64,000 nt of DNA from Octopus sinensis (GCF_006345805.1 NC_043004.1:86552001-86616000); one strand, 5' to 3'; shown: positions 1 through 12,897, numbered from the stretch's first letter. The notes: generated by a model not told the origin, from the letters alone. Translations and numbers: made by a program.

Positions 1-246
1 TCAGTCTTGTTAATCCAGTAGACAGGTTGTCAACATTTCTTTTCTCTTGAAGTGCTGATGTTTATACTGTCCTTTGCAGCAGAGATCAAAAACTTACCTA
101 TTCAGAGGATTTTCCTGAGGCTTTCCTCATAGTCAGACAGATTTAGACAAGAAATGCACATTTAGTCAATTTATAAGTTTGTTTTTATTGCTTTCTGATA
201 TATTTCGTATGATGACAATGAGAACCCAGGTTTGAAATTTCCCGAA

Positions 247-292
247 GACACCTGATGAAGGCTGGAGGGTTTATCAGCTGAAATGTTGTGTT
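247..292 (+). ncRNA. Penelope-type minimal hammerhead ribozyme motif (degenerate)
   Basis: gacac-CTGATGA-a-ggctg...cagct-GAAA-tg-T-T-gtgtt. Stems I and II can pair. Penelope RT and GIY-YIG fragments lie just downstream. Confidence 0.55.
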
Positions 293-393
293 AACAACAA
301 ATAAGAATAGGACGAATATCTGTCAAATGTAAATAATGTAAATAATGTACATAATTCCTCATCTCTTAAATATAGAACTGTATCCTTTCTTAT

Positions 394-1130
394 CCCAAAT
401 ATATGTTAATCAAGCCTTTCAAAACCAAATTAGAAATAATTAACAAGCATATTCTCAGCCATATCAACCTCGAAATTAGAAGCAACATGAATGTAAAATG
501 GTAGAACTGCAGTGTTATTATTGTTAATTCATTCCATGGCATTGGAAATGAAGTAGCCAGCAAATACATCCACCTTGATATTGTGAACATTTACCCATAT
601 ATACATTTCTTCCCTTGGAAATTTTGGATTTTGCTTGAGTTTTCAATACAATTAATAATCAAGACACAAGGTTAATACTTACTTGTAACATAGGTAAAAG
701 ATCAGAAATCTGAAGAGGGACGTTAGATTATAACACTTCCAGTTCTTGATAAGCACCTTATTTTATCAACTAAGGAAGGATGACTGACAAAGTTGGCCCA
801 TGAAGCTGATTTCTCATATATATATGTAGTGCTGCATGTTTGCAATGCACAGGCCAGTAAAATCTTTATACTTGAACCAGGAGACCATCCTGAGGGTGTA
901 TATTGGAAGTGAAGGGCCATTTAAAAGATGGTTTCATAATATCACCTCTTATGTCAGAGACATTGAGAAAGATGCTGCATTACTATCAAATCACATATGG
1001 TTATTAAGAGAAAAGCCTGTAAACTGTGTCATTAGCTAGAGAATTGTTGATATGTATAAGTCTTATGTGAATGGCAGCAACAATGTAACCACCGTACACC
1101 TGAAAAAAGATTAATTCTGAACAATAAAAA
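394..1130 (+). mobile_element. Penelope-like element fragments (RT and GIY-YIG)
   Basis: KHILSHINLEIRS...HLDIVNIYP (RT). VYIGSEGPFKRWFHN...LSNHIWLLREK (GIY-YIG). Contains stops. Confidence 0.8.
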
Positions 1131-1174
1131 TGTCAAATTGATGGTGTTCAATGGTATCAGACATGATGTTTGTT

Positions 1175-1465
1175 CCTTCTCAAGCCATGCCTGGCTCATA
1201 AGGGCCGGTTTCCCAGTTTCCTTGGCATATAGGTTCCCCACCTGGACAGGATGCCAGTCCATCGCAGGTGAGCTGCAAGATGCAGGAGGAAAGAGTGAGA
1301 GAAAGTTGTGGCAAAAGAGTCAGCAGAAGTTTCGCCATTACCTTCTGCCAGAGCCACGTGGAGCTTAGATGTTTCGCTCATAAACACACACATCGCCCAA
1401 TCTGAGATTCGAACCTACGATCCAACCACGAGTCCGCTGCTCTAACCGCTAGGCCATGTGTCTCC
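1175..1465 (-). mobile_element. tRNA-derived SINE
   Basis: A-box TGGCCTAGCGG and B-box GGTTCGAATC head, followed by a SINE body. Confidence 0.8.
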
Positions 1466-2052
1466 ACATCAGACATGATTGTATTTACAAAACTGGTCAC
1501 AACCACCCTAAATGAGACGTATTTACTCAGATCAGAGTAACAAGAATTGAAGTAGAAAACCTTTATTTAATAATTTATTTATTTATTACTTTCCTTCAGC
1601 TCCCTAAGTTTTCTTTCATCTTTCATGTCCTTTTCTATTTTCTTCTTTTTTTTTCTATCTTACTGTTCACTTCTCCTTTCTGTGCTGAGACACGATTATA
1701 AACCTCTATATCAAAACAATTGTTCATCTTCAGCATTTATAAGTATTTCAGAAAAGGTTTTGTAATTGCAATTCAGCTAACTAAGGATCTGCGGAATGAG
1801 TTATTTTTTTATTTTGTTCACAAGTAATCTCCCCTGCATCATATTTATGATTAGGTTTCAAACTATGATAATCATAATATAATGAACATAGTGGCTACCT
1901 TTTTGGTACTTTTTGGTTATGAAGTTCATTATATAACATTTATTATTTCCGGTGTCATCTCTTTGTTTCTGTTACCACTCTATGCTCATCTAACATTGTG
2001 TTCTGGACACCAGAGCGTTAGTCTCACTATGCCTAAGCAAAATATACATATA

Positions 2053-2420
2053 GGAGGCGCAATGGCTCAGTGGTTAGGGCAGCAAACTCGCTGTTATAGG
2101 ATTGCGGTTTCAATTCCCAGACCGGGCATTATGAGTGTTTATTGAGCGAAAACACTTAAAGCTCCACGAGGCTCCGGCAGGTGGTGGTGGCGAACTCTGC
2201 TGTACTCTTTCACCACAATTTTCTCTCACTCTTTCTTCTTGTTTCTGTTGTACCTGTATTTCAAAGGGCCAGCCTGTGTTATGCTGAATCTCCCTGAGAA
2301 CTACATTAAGGGTACACATGTTTCTGGAGTGCTCAGCCACTTGCACGTTAATTTCATGAGCAGGCTATTCCGTTGATCAGATCAACTGGAACCCTCGTTG
2401 TCATAACCGACAGAGTGCCA
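2053..2420 (+). mobile_element. tRNA-derived SINE (family B; further copies near 20620, 55095, 58258, 59752)
   Basis: GGAGGCGCAATGGCTCAGTGG head; body shared with 59752-60164. Confidence 0.85.
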
Positions 2421-2717
2421 CTAAAAGAGTTAGATCCTTTTGATTCAGTACTTCAACATATTGTTAACTTTTGGCCCCCTCAATGCGCATGGTATTATTT
2501 TGTTATAAAAATATTATTAGATTCAGTAAGATGTTTAGTTTTTTCAGTTTTCATGTTTATTAAATTTTTCAGTTTTGTATGGTTTGTTACACAAATATTA
2601 TCTGATTCAATAATATTTTCACTTTTCATGATTATTCATTTTTCTTTTTTTTTTTTTGCTTTATAGAGAGTTAAACAATTTTCAATTGGGGAGATAATTC
2701 AATTTTTAATTTTTAAT

Positions 2718-2905
<188 letters not shown>

Positions 2906-2994
2906 CATCACTATCATCATCGTTTAACGTCCGTTTTCCATGCTAGCATGGGTTGGACGGTTCGACTCTCTTTCTCTCTTCTTTTCTGCCTTTC

Positions 2995-3220
2995 TTAACC
3001 CTTTCGTTACCATATTTATTTTGAGATGCTCTGTGTTTCTTTGAATTACTTTAAATATAACAAAGAATTTAGTAAAATAACTTAGTTATCATTGAGCTAG
3101 TCTTAGGAACATAAATTGTGACTAAGGTTTGGTGAAAGATTTTAATTCAAAACTTATAAAAACAAGACATTTGTACTCAAAACCAGAGCCAGTTTCAGCC
3201 GGGTTGGTAATGAAAAAAAC
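2995..3220. mobile_element. piggyBac-like MITE
   Basis: TTAA|CCCTTTCGTTACC left end and a degenerate GGTAATGAAA right end. Confidence 0.5.
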
Positions 3221-3253
3221 AAGATACAGACACACAAGAAAATAATAATTTAC

Positions 3254-3534
3254 CTCGTTTTGAGTTGATTAACCCAAATATAAACATTCATCTGTGAACT
3301 AATCTTGTCCTTTGATCGTACCTGTTCAGGTAAAAGAGAATCTAGAGACAAAGCATTTGCCTTGATACGGTGTCTGGCTAACCAAGCGCTTAACTTTGTC
3401 TTGCATGAATAAACAGCTCGCTCTATTTCTCCTATCAAAGACAGGGTTTCATTGCTTTTTACTTGCGGTTCTTCGAATCTGGCCTTCACCAGGTCGTAAA
3501 GAACAACCATGACAGTGGAGTGGTGAGAAACTAA
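3254..3534 (-). CDS. NSUN7: NSUN7-like coding exon; the gene continues beyond the left edge
   Basis: Acceptor ttttgtacttccAG|, donor CGAG|GTAAAT. Encodes LVSHHSTVMVVLYDL...SCKTKLSAWLARHRIKANALSLDSLLPEQVR...VYIWVNQLKT versus human IIVMLYDF...SFKIKLAAALARCRIKHDALSIYHILPETVR...LYAWINTCK. Confidence 0.9.
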
Positions 3535-3559
3535 CTGGAAGTACAAAAATTTGAAAAAA

Positions 3560-3943
3560 GATTCATTATTACCATCACCAACAGTATCTGTATTACTTTT
3601 GTTATTATTACTATAACCATCATTGCCATCATCACCAGCACCATCATTATCACTATCATCATCATCATTACTATCAACATCATCATCATCATTACCATTA
3701 TCATTATTACTATCACCATCATTATCAGCATTATCATCATCATCATCATCATCACTATCATCATTACCATTTGTCATCATATCTATCACCATTATCATTA
3801 CTATCGTCATCATCATTGCCACAACATCAGCTTCAGCATTACTATCTTCACCTTCATCATTGCCATCTCCATTATCATCTTCATCACCATCATTCATTAT
3901 TATCATCTTCATTATCAACAATGTCAGTCAAGTAGTGCAGTGA

Positions 3944-3974
<31 letters not shown>

Positions 3975-4060
3975 TTCATCATCTTCATCTTTATCATCAT
4001 TATGATTATCATTATCATTATCATCATCATCATTAACATCATCATCAAAAACTACAACAA
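3560..4060. repeat. (ATC)n-rich simple repeat
   Basis: Degenerate CAT/TAT/CAC triplets. Confidence 0.95.
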
Positions 4061-4079
4061 CAACAACAATATGAGACTC

Positions 4080-5660
4080 ACAAAGGAATCTGTACATGGA
4101 TGTTTGATTGGAGGTGGCTGGGGTTTATCTCTTCACTAGTGATATAAAAAAGAGTGCATTTTGCACCAAAAGCCAATATGAGAGTTTCTCTCATGGTAAA
4201 TACCACAGTGGAGTTTATTCTAACAAGACATCCGTGTTTAAGTGGGAATAAATATTAACTCTCAGTATTGAAACTGCCTCTGCCACTAATATATATTTTT
4301 CAACAAGCTAACTGGCTAATCATGACATCTGCACCTGTTCTGGCACTGTCACTCTAGATATATCTGGTAGGGAGAGGAATCCCTGCTACCTGTTAACGGT
4401 CAAGCATCCATCACTGACAAGACAAAGGAAGGTTGAAATCATGAGATCTGGTGGTCTCAGTGCTGGTGGTGGAGGAGGTTTATTGCCCTGCTAGCAATAT
4501 AAACAAGAGTGCATCTTGTATGAAAAGCCAATATGAGAGTTTCTCTCTTGGCAACTACCACAGTATAGTTTGTTCTAATAGAATATCCATAGTTAAATGG
4601 GGATAAAAGTTACCTTTCAATATTAATATGAGCTCAAAGCAGTGAGCTGGCAGAAACGTTTACATTCCGGGCAAAATGCTTAGTGGTATTTCATCTATCT
4701 TTACATTCTGAGGTCGTCTTTGCCTTTTGTCCTTTTGGAGTCGATAAGTTAAGTACCAGTTGTGTACTGGGTCGATCTAATTGACTGGCCCCCTCCCCCA
4801 AAATTTCAGGCCTTGTGCTAGGAGTAGAAAAGATTATTCAAGGCAGCGGGCTGGCAGAAGCATTAGCACACTGGGTGAAATGCTAGCGGTATTTCATCTG
4901 TCTTTATGTTCTGATTTCAAATTCCACTGAGGTCGTCTTTGCCTTTCATCCTTTTTAGGTCGATAAATTAAGTACCAGTTGCGTACTGGGGTCGATCTAA
5001 TCGACTGGCCTTCTCCCCCAAAATTTCAGGCCTTGTGCCTACAGTAGAAAAGAATAAAGGTGGCAAGCTGGCAGAAACATTAGCGTGCCAGGCGAAATGC
5101 TTAGCAGTATTTTGTCTGTCTTTACATTCTGAGTTCAAATTCCACTGAAGTCGTCTTTGCCTTTCATTCTTTTGGGGTCAATAAATTAAGTACCAGTTGC
5201 ATACTAGGGTCAATCTAATCAAATTACCCCCTTCCCAAAAATTTTGGATCTTGTGCCTACAGTAGAAAAGAATATTAATATGAGCTCTGTCACTAATATA
5301 TATTTTTTAACAAGCTCACTGGATAATCACAACACCAGTGCCTGTTCTGGCTCTGTTATTTTATATATCACTGATGGGGAGATGAATTGCTGCTACCTGT
5401 TAGCAGTCGAGGGTCCACCACTGATGAAACCAAGGATAGTTGAAATCACTTGATCCGGTAGTCTTGGCACTGAAGATGGCAGGGATTTATCTCTCCATTA
5501 GTGATATAAACAAGAATGCATTTTGCACCAAAGGCCAATATGAGAGTTTCTCCCATGATATCTACAACAGTATAGTTTGTTCTTACAATACATCTGAGTT
5601 TTAGTGGGGATAGATAATACCTTTCAGTATTGACACTGCCTCTGTCACTGATAAATATTT
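4080..5660. repeat. ~355-bp tandem repeat (about 3 units) interrupted by a SINE trimer
   Basis: Anchor AGAGTGCAT at 4151, 4506 and 5513. Spacing is 355 after removing the 652-bp insertion plus TSD. Confidence 0.85.
4636..5270 (+). mobile_element. Head-to-tail trimer of Nin/Deu-domain-like SINE
   Basis: Three ~210-bp units (gctggcagaa...gaggtcgtctttgcctttcatcc...aagtaccagtt) flanked by the 17-bp TSD AATATTAATATGAGCTC. Confidence 0.9.
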
Positions 5661-6419
5661 TCTATAAAAGCAATGTCAAATCTGTTGTAATGTATGACTC
5701 ACAATACTAATTGGTAACAAAAGAAAATGTGAATAAGGGCAATACTTTCCACAATGGGTGCCAGAGGAAAGTCTGTTACATCTTCTGATCCAACAGAGTA
5801 TCAAATAAGGAGCTGTGCTATGAAACTGGGCCAAAGTAGAAAGCTTTTTCCTAAGGTGCCATGTAGTGGAACTGAACTCATGACCACATGGATGGAAAGC
5901 AAGCTTCTTAGTCACACAGCTGCACTGGTACCAATGCCTGCAGTTGATAAAAATTGACTATGCCCACCATCGACATATCTGATCTTGTGTCTCTTTTTAT
6001 GATACAACTCTTTGTTTGATACTTGAGATCCTTGAAATAAAATGCTGACAGTGAACAGAGTCCCAAACATAGCATTTAAAGCGACCATATCAGGCCAAAA
6101 TATTCCACCTGTTTTATGCTCAAACCAGCCAGTAACCAGCCTCGCACATTAACTGTAAAATGTTATTTTAAAAATAAACAATCACATCATCAAAATCTTG
6201 AAGCTACAAGATAATACATAGTTAATTCAAAACAACGTGAATAAATAAGTATTATACTTGACAGAATCATCTGAATACTAAAGGATTAAGATGGACACCA
6301 CTTAAAAGTAAAAGCCAGGACAGCCTAAAAACACCTGGTGTAGATGTAGAATAGTTGAAGGTAAGCTGAGTGGAATGGGTCTTACATGGAACAAGGATTA
6401 GAAGAAGGCAATCTTTATA

Positions 6420-8290
6420 TCCTGTACATGAATGTATTGTTAAAACACCATATTACTGTGCTATTCATCTTGAGAGATCCTCTTATATAGACATAAAGTG
6501 CTAAGAAGCACATACGTATTGTTAGCAAATGAGAATCATCTGGCATGGGTGGTAGAACTGCTAGATCATGTGACTTCAGCATACATACACTTCATCAGTA
6601 GCAGGCATCTGCTCACTGCATGCCAGCCAAATTCCACTGCCAGTGATATATAGACACAGTGACTGTTCATTTACAAATGATGCAAATAGTTGCCAGGCTT
6701 TTAAAAATAAATACTAGTGATGAAAGCAGTATAGCAGTGTAGCGTAATTGATATCCTCACTGTTTGAGAGACATATAAGGAATAATCTCGTGGTAGATTT
6801 ACAACCATCTTTGGCTAGTTTGACCCTGTTGTGTCCACTGCTCTGATTGGTTGGCATTTGGCACAGTTTGTCTTTCGACTTATTTCGCGCCAGTGTGTAA
6901 GCCAACCAATCACGACCTTTGGATAAGGTCTCACGGCACTGTTTTTCTGATCCTTCATTTGAGCCTACAACAGGCTATAAATAGGCCAGCATTCACTATT
7001 CCAGGTCTTTTGACTTTAGACCATCTAAGGTCTGGTCAATAACCACAGAGATACTCAGCCATGTTCCAGTTCCAGCAACAGACGACCAGCCAGCCAGCCA
7101 TGTTCCTGATCCAGCCATGACGACACTAATGTACACCAGCAGTGCAGGACATCTCCACCACCATCGCCATTACCACCATCAACTTCAAATATGTACACAT
7201 CAACATTGACCAGATTTAAAACTCACACTGTTTGTGAATATGCACCAAAGTAAAACGGTTGCAGTCTACCCGAAGAACTATCTGTATCAAGAGACTTGGC
7301 ACGGCATTGAGGCCCTAACCGCTGCACGGCATGTGCCCCAATAGGCCTCTGCCTCATGTCCACAACATCTTTTTAAAGAACTGTTTGCTATTGTGTACCT
7401 CATGAACTGGTAAACTAATTCCATCTTAACTCAATATGCTGAGACATTCATCTTATGCTCAGTATTTCTGTTTTATGTGCATACACTATTATTTGTACCT
7501 TCTGTCACACACACAAACACACAGACACAAATACTTGTCGCGCGCATGCACACATACACTTTGCTAGCACTCACACACACTCTCTTTGTACACCTTGTAA
7601 ATAAAGTTTTATTCTCTCTCAAACAGTAGAACGGTTGTTGTCCTTCATTCATTCCTTTGGCATTGTATTTTATATTATGTATTTAGCTTCTTATTTTGCT
7701 AGGGACGACCATGTGGCATTCAAAAGAAGACATTTGTCACCAACTCCTTACATACGGTCATATTCCCTACAGCAGTATTAATACCGAATGGCAATCTTTA
7801 TGTCCTACTCAACATGGGTGTATTGTTAGAATGTTGTATTGCTGCAATATTCACCCTGAGAGATTCTCTAATATGGATGCACATTGCTAAGGAGCACAGA
7901 CATATCTTTAGCAGATGAGAATCAACTAGCAAGGATGGCAGACCTGCTAGATCACATGATTTCAGTGTACATGTGCTTTATCAGAAGCAGGTATCTGCTT
8001 ATTGCATGCCAGCCAAATTCCACCAGCAATGATATATACAAAAACAATGACTGTTCAATCACAGATGTTGCAAATAGCCAGAAGGCTCATTAAAAAACAA
8101 ATGAAAGCAGTATTAATATTGCATGGTAATCTTTATAGCTGACATAACATGGGTGTATTGTTAGAACACCATATTACTACACTATTTGGCTTGAGAGATC
8201 CTCTCATATGGATGTATAGTTAGCAGACAAGAATTGCCAAGCATAGGTGGCAGAATTGCTGAAATCCCATGATTTCAGGAAGAATACTGC
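6420..8290. repeat. ~335-bp tandem repeat (about 2.5 units) interrupted by a 1-kb insertion
   Basis: GTATTGTTA...GAGAGAT..TCT...TGCATGCCAGCCAAATTCCAC recurs near 6435 and 7820 and partially near 8150. Confidence 0.8.
6790..7765 (+). mobile_element. Degenerate Gypsy-like 3' remnant
   Basis: DLWIRSHGTVFL...LQQA...TLDHLRS resembles the Gypsy integrase C-terminus. Downstream LTR-like sequence has AATAAA and ends in ACA. Confidence 0.4.
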
Positions 8291-8878
8291 AGTAATACAG
8301 CATTCTAATACTACATCCATGTGAAGTTGGATACAAAGATTTTCATTTGATATTCACACTGCTTCTGTCACTAGTATCTATTTGCTAAAGAAGGTTTTAT
8401 GATGTTGAACCATCAAAGCCTTATTTTTTAACTGGAAAGAAGAGAATTAAAATTCAGATTCCAATAAGTGTCTGTAAAATATTAATAAATAAATAGAACT
8501 TTTCAACTGGAAAGAAGAGAATTAAAAAATAATAATAATTTGAGTCTTGACACACAATTAAAGTCTTGCAATATTTAGTCAACTGTTGTAAGTTCAAATC
8601 ACACCAAGTTTAAATTTACCTTTCATCCTTGCCAGGAGAGAATAATAAAGTAATAAAAAAAAGTATCATTGAAGTACTGGGGTTTTGATTTAATATTACT
8701 AAGACGGATTTGTAAGTGTGAATGGATTAATAATAATATCAGACTAAGTTATAAGACATGCTAATTCAGGTTCCAACAAGTGTCTGTAAAACACTAATAA
8801 ATAAATAGAATTTGTTTTAAGCACCACCGACAATGACAGTAACAACAACAACAACAACATGTTAGCTGTTCTACTTAC

Positions 8879-8937
8879 GTCTGGGAATAGTCTATAGAAA
8901 CGGCAATGTCTTAAAAGGTTGCTTAAAACGCTCTGGT
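8879..8937 (-). CDS. NSUN7: NSUN7-like 59-nt coding exon
   Basis: Acceptor tttttctttccacAG|, donor GAC|GTAAGT, phase 1 to phase 0. Encodes (Y)QSVLSNLLRHCRFYRLFPD, matching human ALKYQDILETILIDSCIFP in position. Confidence 0.88.
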
Positions 8938-9711
8938 CTGTGGAAAGAAAAAGAGAGAGAAAAATACAAGAGAAAAAGAAAATGTGAAAGGTTGGTTTTA
9001 AATTCTGAATATATGAGGTAAGTTTATATGATATAGCTGGTAGATTTATGAGTAGTAGTGCTGGTGTCAGAGGAGAGGGTATGGATGGAGTGGTGAACAT
9101 TCATAGCAAAGTGTATAATGAGAAAGAAATATAGCTGACTGTTTAAAAGTGAAGTGTGTGTTCATATGTTTAATGTTGTGAGAAAATTAAAAGTAATTAA
9201 TTAAAATTATAATTATGTGGTGGGAAACAACAGCATTAACTTAATGACTAAGATTATATTAGCCATTTTAATAAAGTATGGAAGGTAACTCTAGAAATGT
9301 TTCAATCTTATGTAACCTCCTCAGCTAAGCATGCACTTCACCATAATTGCCAAAAAAGCTGATAAAGAAAATTATAGGTTTATATGCAATAATATGAACA
9401 TGAAAATTATTTCAAATTACATTTTTTAAAACTGGCGACATTATCTTAACTATTGTTTTTTATGTGCTTGGTGAGTCTGAGCAATTAACATGAGTTATTT
9501 GATTGTTTAATAATTTTGACAGTGGCACCACCAGCAATATTCCTTGGAAATTGGATTAGATGTTCAGCATTCAAATGCTTTTGATCATAGGTCTGTGTCA
9601 TCAGGCCCATGGATGGGACAAAATAACAACAAAGACGATATCAACAATAACAATAGCTAAAACTAAGACCATCACCAGCACCACCAAATTATTCCAGAGA
9701 AGAAAACTCAA

Positions 9712-9754
<43 letters not shown>

Positions 9755-10050
9755 CACCATCATACAACAGGAATTCTTTTACTGGTTATATACATGGAAA
9801 TACATTAGTGTACAGAGAATTCATATATAAATTTATAAAACAAGAAGACAGAATGAACAAGCTTTAATCACAAATTTCAACAATAGATTTTGTGCATTAG
9901 TAACAACTGTTACCAATACACCGAAACAATTGTTGGGATTTGTGATTAAAGCCTGTTCATTCCATCTTCTTGTTTTATGAATTTATAAAAATATATATAT
10001 GTAATCAATGAGGGAGATGAAGGATGGAATATGCGAGAATCTTTATTGAG

Positions 10051-10153
10051 CACTACAATCGTTTCAACCCATCTAGCATCGATCTCTTGTGAGTGGGATA
10101 CGGCACAACTGGTTTAGATGTATCCCTCAGTGTAGATGTGTCTCCTCAGGTGA
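10051..10153 (-). ncRNA. Hammerhead ribozyme motif with long stem II (sense to the NSUN7-like intron)
   Basis: tcac-CTGAGGA-gacacatct...agatgggtt-GAAA-cgattg-T-A-gtg. Core nucleotides are intact. Confidence 0.6.
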
Positions 10154-10239
10154 TTTCGAGAGGCATTTTGTTAAAAGAAACTCTGTTTCACACTGTAGTA
10201 TTCATAAAACCAAAATAAACTCTGAGCTGTAGGATTCAT

Positions 10240-10490
10240 AAGACCACAGGTTAGCCCCATTTCCATGCCGTATAAGTGACTGAGATTACAGCACATCTCC
10301 CTGGACTGGATGCCAGTCCATTGCAGAGTTAACTTCCCAATTATGCTGGAAAATATTTACAGCTGAATGGATGGGAGCATTGAAATGCAGTGTCTTGGTC
10401 AGCAACACAATTTCATTAAAGGCTTAAGATTCCCTGTGTGAAAATCGAAATCACAACCTTACAATTGTCAGTGCAGCACCCTGACCTCTG
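10240..10490 (-). mobile_element. Old SINE, Meta-domain-like
   Basis: ctggactggatgccagtccattgcag...tttacagctg...gtgtcttgg motif set. Confidence 0.5.
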
Positions 10491-10492
10491 GA

Positions 10493-10739
10493 CAGTGGTT
10501 CTCAACCATTTTTTGCCTATGGATCCCTTTGATTCCTATTGTAGATCTCCATAGCCATTCACTTCATATAAAAGAAATTTTACTGTATTTTTACAATTAA
10601 ATATTAAGATTTCTATAAAAGGAAAATTGAAATGTTTTGTGTATTGTAGAAGAATTATCAATTTATTACAAATTAATTTTAACAGCAAAATCTTATATTG
10701 ACCCCCAAGGGTCAAGTGGACCCCGGTTGGAAATCGTTG
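10493..10739. mobile_element. hAT (Charlie-like) MITE
   Basis: CAGTGGTTCTCAACC and GGTTGGAAATCGTTG ends. A related partial copy lies near 40585. Confidence 0.6.
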
Positions 10740-11056
10740 ATCTAGGCAGTGGACATACACACACATGCACGTGCACATACACACTCACATGCACACAAAA
10801 ACATACACACATATACATACACACAAAAACATGCACATAAAAACACACTCACACATATACACATGCACAGAAAAGCACACATACACATATGCACACAAAC
10901 ATACACATACACACACAGATATGCATGAACACAAAAACACATACACACATGCACACAAAAGCACACACATGCATGCACACACCCACACATGCACACATAC
11001 ACATACATACACACACACACACAAAATGAAAAACAAACAAAAAAAATAACACTTAC

Positions 11057-11385
11057 ATTTCAGGGCAGAATATGCCAGATCAAATATGAATCGCATTTCT
11101 AGATCATTCTTCTCTGAAAGATCCGATAAGTCATGGGTCGCAAATAGGTTTTCATCTAAATGAGATTCCAGTGAAGTGGGCCAGTCATCTGGATGCTGTA
11201 ACACTTCAAAAGCTCGAGCAGCTTGCAATAACACTACTGCCCTCGATGGTGTAGGAAATGGCAGCATTTCTGGGAATTCCTCACATTCAACATCCGTAAT
11301 ATTTTTATTATTATTATTATTATTACTATTATTATTATTTGTGGGTTTTGTCTCTGATTCAATTCTCACAGCACTGCTTGGAGTC
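11057..11385 (-). CDS. NSUN7: NSUN7-like coding exon
   Basis: Acceptor ...ctttaccgAAG|G, donor AAAT|GTAAGT, 329 nt (1+327+1). Encodes ...PTPSRAVVLLQAARAFEVLQ...RFIFDLAYSALK, resembling human NSUN7 ...SYELAFSALK (recalled, not searched). Confidence 0.85.
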
Positions 11386-11449
11386 CTTCGGTAAAGATTG
11401 ACAAAATTACAGCATTCATTAAAAATCATTAGTTTTATAAAAGTGCATG

Positions 11450-12020
<571 letters not shown>

Positions 12021-12269
12021 ATAGATCTTTAATTTTTACTTGTTCCAGATATTAGACCATGGCCATGCTGGAGCATTGCCATGAAGGGTTTAATTGAACA
12101 AATCGACCCCAGAACTTTTTATCATATTAAGCCTACTTATTCTATTGGTCCCTTATGCCAAACTGCAAACGTACAGGGATGTAAACATCATCAACACAGC
12201 ATTTGTCTCCTACTTTGATTCCAGCAGACAATGGACTTAGACTTGTACAAAAAGAATGGAGAATATTCG

Positions 12270-12545
12270 CCAGCCTCGTCTGGCACCTGTGTCGGTGGCA
12301 CATAAAAAACACCATCCGAGCGTGGCCGTCTGCCAGCCTCGTCTGGCACCTGTGTCGGTGGCACATAAAATCACCCACTACACTCTCGGAGTGGTTGGCG
12401 TTAGGAAGGGCATCCAGCTGTAGAAACACTGCCACATCTGACTGGCCTGGTGCAGCCTTCGGGCTTCCCAGACCCCAGTTGAACCGTCCAACCCATGCTA
12501 GCATGGAAAGCGGACGTTAAACGATGATGATGATGATGATGATAA
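12270..12545 (+). mobile_element. RTE 3'-UTR-derived short repeat ending in (GAT)n
   Basis: ggcgttaggaagggcatccagctg...ttaaacgatgatg, the same as the 3' end of the LINE at 34350-37010. About 14 copies in the window. Confidence 0.85.
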
Positions 12546-12854
12546 AGATTAATTTGCATAAATGCATTTGTGTATGTGTATGTATGTATTGTTGACCTGA
12601 GGAGTGACTATATTTTTAAATTGAATTGTTTTATGGATTAAATTTTAATTTATTTGTAATTTGAATTGAAGTTATAGCCACAAAACGTACGTAGTCTTTT
12701 TACTTATATAATGTTTATTCATTATTTTGTATTTTTTGTGATCTAGATATATGTTTTATAATATATTTATTTTTTCTATATGATATGGTTTATGTCTATC
12801 ATTGTTTGAATTACATAATAGTGGTTTTTCTCTAATTTATATATATATTATATA

Positions 12855-12897
<43 letters not shown>

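Noticed and set aside
3535-3921. Asp/Asn-rich N-terminal part of ORF 3250..3921
   Set aside because: It is read-through into an intronic (ATC)n tract. A good acceptor at 3535-3536 and homology mark the real exon start.
10536-11056. Many HT/VC/YI-repeat ORFs here and throughout the window
   Set aside because: They are translations of CA/TG/TA microsatellites.
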